From Squalus acanthias (taxonomy: Eukaryota), in assembly GCA_030390025.1 (NCBI GenBank), contig CM059432.1:121274001-121338000 (forward strand): DNA of 64,000 nt, read 5' to 3'. The translations under genes and the position numbers were made by a program. Of this stretch, positions 60,020 to 64,000 are shown one piece after another. Every line of letters starts with the position of its first letter. Position 1 is the first letter of the stretch. A model generated the notes under the pieces. That model was not told the origin of the DNA. It saw only the letters and a list, made by a program, of their open reading frames with translations, and did not search any database.

Positions 60020-63000
60020 GGCTTTAAACTAAATAAGGCGGGGGGGGGGTGGGGCGGCAGGGGGGAGTCCCGGTGGAGAGCAATCTAGAATGCTAAAGAG
60101 AAAAGACAAGGAAGCAGTGCAGGAAAGTGATTGGGGTAAGGATAACCAGATTGTGTCAGGAAGGGACAGAGCGTACAAACAAAAGAGTGCACTAACAAAT
60201 AGGGTCCGGGTAAGAAAAAATGGTAATAAGACAAATAGGGCCAAAGTACAAAAAAATGTTAAGATGTCTAAAAATGATAAAAAGACAAATCTAAAGGCAC
60301 TGTATCTGAAAGCACGAAGCATTCGTAATAAGGTAGACAAATTAACAGCACAAATAGATGTAAACGGATGCGATATAATTGCAATACGGAGACATGGCTG
60401 CAGGGTGACCAAGGACTGGGAGCTGAATATCCAAGCATGTTCGATATTTAGGAAGGACAGGCAAAAAGGAAAAGGAGGTGGGGTGGCGTTGTTAGTAAAA
60501 GATGAAATCAGCGCAATAATGAGAAAGGATAATGGCTCAGAAAATCAAGATGTAGAATTAGTCTGGGTGGAACTAAGAAGCACCAAGGGGCAGAAAGCTT
60601 TGGCTGGGAGTTGTCTATAGGCCTCCAAACAGTAGTGGTAATGTAGGGGATGGCATCAAACAGGAAATTAGAGATGTATGTAACAAGGGTACTACTGTAA
60701 TCATGGGAGACTTTAATCTACCTATAGACTGGCCAAACCAAATTAGCAATAATACTGTGGAGGATGAATTCCTGGTGTGTGTACGAGATGGTTTTTTAGA
60801 CCAGTACATTGAGGAGCCAACGAGGGAACAGGCTATCCTAGATTGGGTATTGTGCAATGAGAAGGGGTTAATTAATAATCTTGTTGTGCGGGGTCCTTTA
60901 GGGAAGAGTGACCATAACATGATAGAATTCTTCATTAAGATGGAAAGTGAAGAAATCCAATCCGAAACTAGGGTCCTAAATCTAAACAAGGGACACTACA
61001 ATGGTATGAGGAGTGAGTTGGCTATGATAGATTGGGGAGCTTCATTAAAAGGCATGACGCTGGATAGGCAATGGCTAACATTTAAGGAACGAATGCATGA
61101 ATTGCAACAGTTATACATTCCTTTCTGGTGCAAAAACACAAAAGGAAAAGCGGCCCAACCATGGCTAACAAAAGAAATTAAGGATAGTATTAGATCCAAA
61201 GAGGAATCATATAAAGTTGCCAGAAAAAGTAGCAAGCCTGAGGATTGGGAGCAGTTTAAAGTTCAGCAAAAAAGGACCAAGAGATTGATTAAGAGGGGAA
61301 AAATAGATTATGAGAGTAAACTTGCAAGGAACATAAAAGTGGACTGTAAAAGCTTCTACAAGTATGTAAAAAGAAAAAGATTAGTGAAGACAAATGTAGG
61401 TCCCTTACAGTCAGAAATGGGAGAATTTAGAATGGGGACCAAGGAAATGGCTGGGCAATTAAACAAATACTTTGGTTCTGTCTTCACGGAAGAGGACACA
61501 AATAACTTCCTAGAAGTGCGAGGGAACCAAGGGTCTAGTGAGAAGGAGGAATTAAAGGAAATTAGTATTAGGTAAAATATAGTGCTGGAGAAATTAATGG
61601 GACTGAAAGCTGATAAATCCCCAGGGCCTGATAATCTGCATCCCAGAATACTAAAAGAGGTAGCCATGGCAATAGTGGATGCATTGGTTGTCATCTTCCA
61701 AAATTCTATAGATTATGGAACAGTTCCAGCAGATTAGAGGGTGGCAAATGTATCACAGAATCCCCACAATGCAGATAGAGGCCATTTCGGCCCATCGAGC
61801 CTGCACCGACACATATCCCACCCTATCCCCGTAACCCCACATATTTAATCCCCCCTAACACTAAGGGTCAATTTATCATAGCCAAATCAACCTAACCCGC
61901 ACATCTTTGGACTGTGGGAGGAAGTCGGAGCACCTGGAGGAAACCCACGCAGACACGGGGAGAATGTGCAAACTCCACACAGATAGTCACCCGGGGCCAG
62001 ATTTGAACCCGGGTCCCTGGCGCTGTGAGGCAACAGTGCTAACCACTATGCCACCGTGTTGCCCTAAGTAACCCCACTATTTAAAAAAGGAGGGAGAGAG
62101 AAAACCGGGAACTACAGACCGGTTAGCCTAACATCAGTAGTAGGGAAAATGCTAGAGTCTATTATAAAGATGTGTCAACAGGAGACTTAGAAAATATCAA
62201 CGGGATTAGAAAAAGTCAACATGGATTTATGAAAGGGAAGTCGTGTTTGACAAACCTATTGGAGTTTTTGAGGATGTAACTGGTAGAATAGATAAGGAAG
62301 AACCAGTGGATGTGGTGTATTTGGATTTTCAGAAGGCCTTTGATAAAGTCCAACTTAAGAGGTTAGTGTACAAAATTAAAGCACATGGGATTGGAAGTAA
62401 TATACTGGCATGGATTGAAAATGAGTTAACAGACAGGAAACAGAGAGTAGGAATAAATGGGTCTTTTTCGGGGTGGCAGGCGGTGACTAGTGGGGTACCA
62501 CAGGGATCAGTGCTTGGGCCCCAGCTATTCACAATATATATCAATGATTTGGATGAGGGAACCAAATGTAATATTTCCAAGTTTGCTGACGACACAAAAC
62601 TAGGTGGGATTGTGAGTTGTGAGGAGGATGCAAAACGGCTTCAAGGCGATTTAGACAAGTTGAGTGAGTGGGCAAATACATGGCAGATGCAGTATACCGT
62701 GGATAAATGTGAAGTTATCCACTTCGGTAGGAAAAACAGAAAGGTAGAGTATTATTTAAATGGTGATAGATTGGGAAATGCTGATGTACAAAGGGACCTG
62801 GGTGTCCTTGTAAACCAGTCACTGAAAGCAAACATGCAGGTGCAGCAAGCAGTTAGGAAGGCAAATGGTATGTTGACCTTCATTGCAAGAGGATTTGAGT
62901 ACAGGAGCAAAGATGTCTTACTACAGTTATACAGGGCCTTGGTGAGACCACACCTGGAGTACTGTGTGCAGTTTTGGTCTCCTTACCTAAGAAAGGATAT

Positions 63001-63511
63001 ACTTGCCATAGAGAGAGTGCAGCGAAGGTTCACCAGACTGATTCCTGGGATGGCCGGACTGTCGTATGAGGAGAGATTGGGTCGACTAGGCCTGGATTCA
63101 CTAGAGTTTAGAAGAATGAGAGGGGATCTCGTTGAAACGTATAAAATTCTGACAGGGCTAGACAGACTGGATGCAGTGAGGATGTTTCCCCCAGCTGAGG
63201 GGGTCTAGAACGAGGGGTCACTGTCTCAGGATACAGGGTAGGACATTTAGGACTGAGATGAGGAGAAATTTCTTCACTCAGAGGGTGGTGAACCTGTGGA
63301 ATTCTCTACCACAGAAGGCTATGGAGGCCAAGTCACTGAATATATTTAAGAAGGAGATAGACAGATTTCAAGACACAAAAGCCATTAAGGGGTATGGGGA
63401 GAGAGCGGGAATATGATATTGAGATAGAGGATCAGCCATGATCATATTGAATGGCGGAGCAGGCTCAAAGGGCCGAATGGCCTACTCCTGCTCCTATATT
63501 TCTATGTTTCT
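60020..63511 (+). mobile_element. CR1 LINE, essentially complete ORF2 and 3' UTR, with frameshifts
   Basis: LYLKARSIRNK...GDFN...SDHN...YLDFQKAFDKV...KFADDTKL; tail ATTTCTATGTTTCTA. Confidence 0.94.
61753..62064 (-). mobile_element. HE1-like (V-SINE) tRNA-derived SINE inserted in CR1
   Basis: Minus head GGGCAACACGGTGGCATAGTGGTTAGCACTG...GGTTCAAATC, V-domain GTGTGGAGTTTGCACATTCTCCCCGTGTCTGCGTGGGTTTCCTCC, CR1-type tail. Confidence 0.9.
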
Positions 63512-63689
63512 ACTGGAGAGGAAGAGGATGTCCCTGCGCACCCTCACTTGCTCCAACAAGATCTCCATGGCAGTGTCCACAAATCTTATTTCAGATATTT
63601 CTTCAACTTTAGCGTCACAATGAAATGGTTTTGTTTCTCTATAATGCTAAAGTGTAAAGGCACCCTCAAGTTGTTTGAAGAATTTTAAT

Positions 63690-64000
63690 GGGCGATTTTA
63701 AACCTGCTGACCAAGTGGAAACCAGGCAGGCGGGCAGTTTAAATCGGCAGGGAAACATGCCCGCCGACATCCCTCTTCATTCCTGCTGTCTTCTATTTTT
63801 AATCTACTCTTCTGAGGAAGCAGCAATGGATACCTCCATGAAGCCTGCAGGGTCCTTCTTTAAATATCCAGTCTGTGATTTTAATTGGTGGCCTGAGCAG
63901 GGAAGCCACTGTGGCTTTCCCAGCAAGTGAAGATCGAGAGAAGTGAAGCCAGAAGAGGCCCAAGCAGGTAAGTTTTTAAAAACTTTAAAAAAAAATTCCT
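63690..64000. mobile_element. Start of a Harbinger-type MITE running off the window
   Basis: GGGCGATTTTAAA terminus, TTTAAATAT and CAGGTAAGT motifs as in other MITEs here. Confidence 0.5.

Overview
Eukaryotic, repeat-saturated genomic DNA, most likely from a cartilaginous fish (shark). This is inferred from the HE1-like SINE, Deu-domain (SacSINE1-like) SINEs, CR1/L2 LINEs and two-gene Harbinger families. I found no recognisable host gene exon, so the window looks intergenic or deep intronic. Most of it is nested, decayed transposable elements: CR1 and L2 LINEs, a third APE-RT LINE family, two families of Penelope-like (GIY-YIG) retroelements, a Gypsy LTR element with a tRNA-Ser primer-binding site, a solo LTR, SINEs, and many PIF/Harbinger elements and MITEs. 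Most notable observations: (1) a probable ~20.5 kb inversion (about 23127-43657), inferred because a Gypsy pol frame rejoins codon-to-codon across it and a Harbinger Myb gene becomes collinear; (2) two minimal hammerhead-ribozyme motifs in Penelope termini; (3) subterminal hairpins with compensatory substitutions in a MITE family; (4) an inversion with duplication inside a Harbinger Myb gene. I see no support for a wholly new protein-coding system. All element family names come from motif recognition, not database searches.
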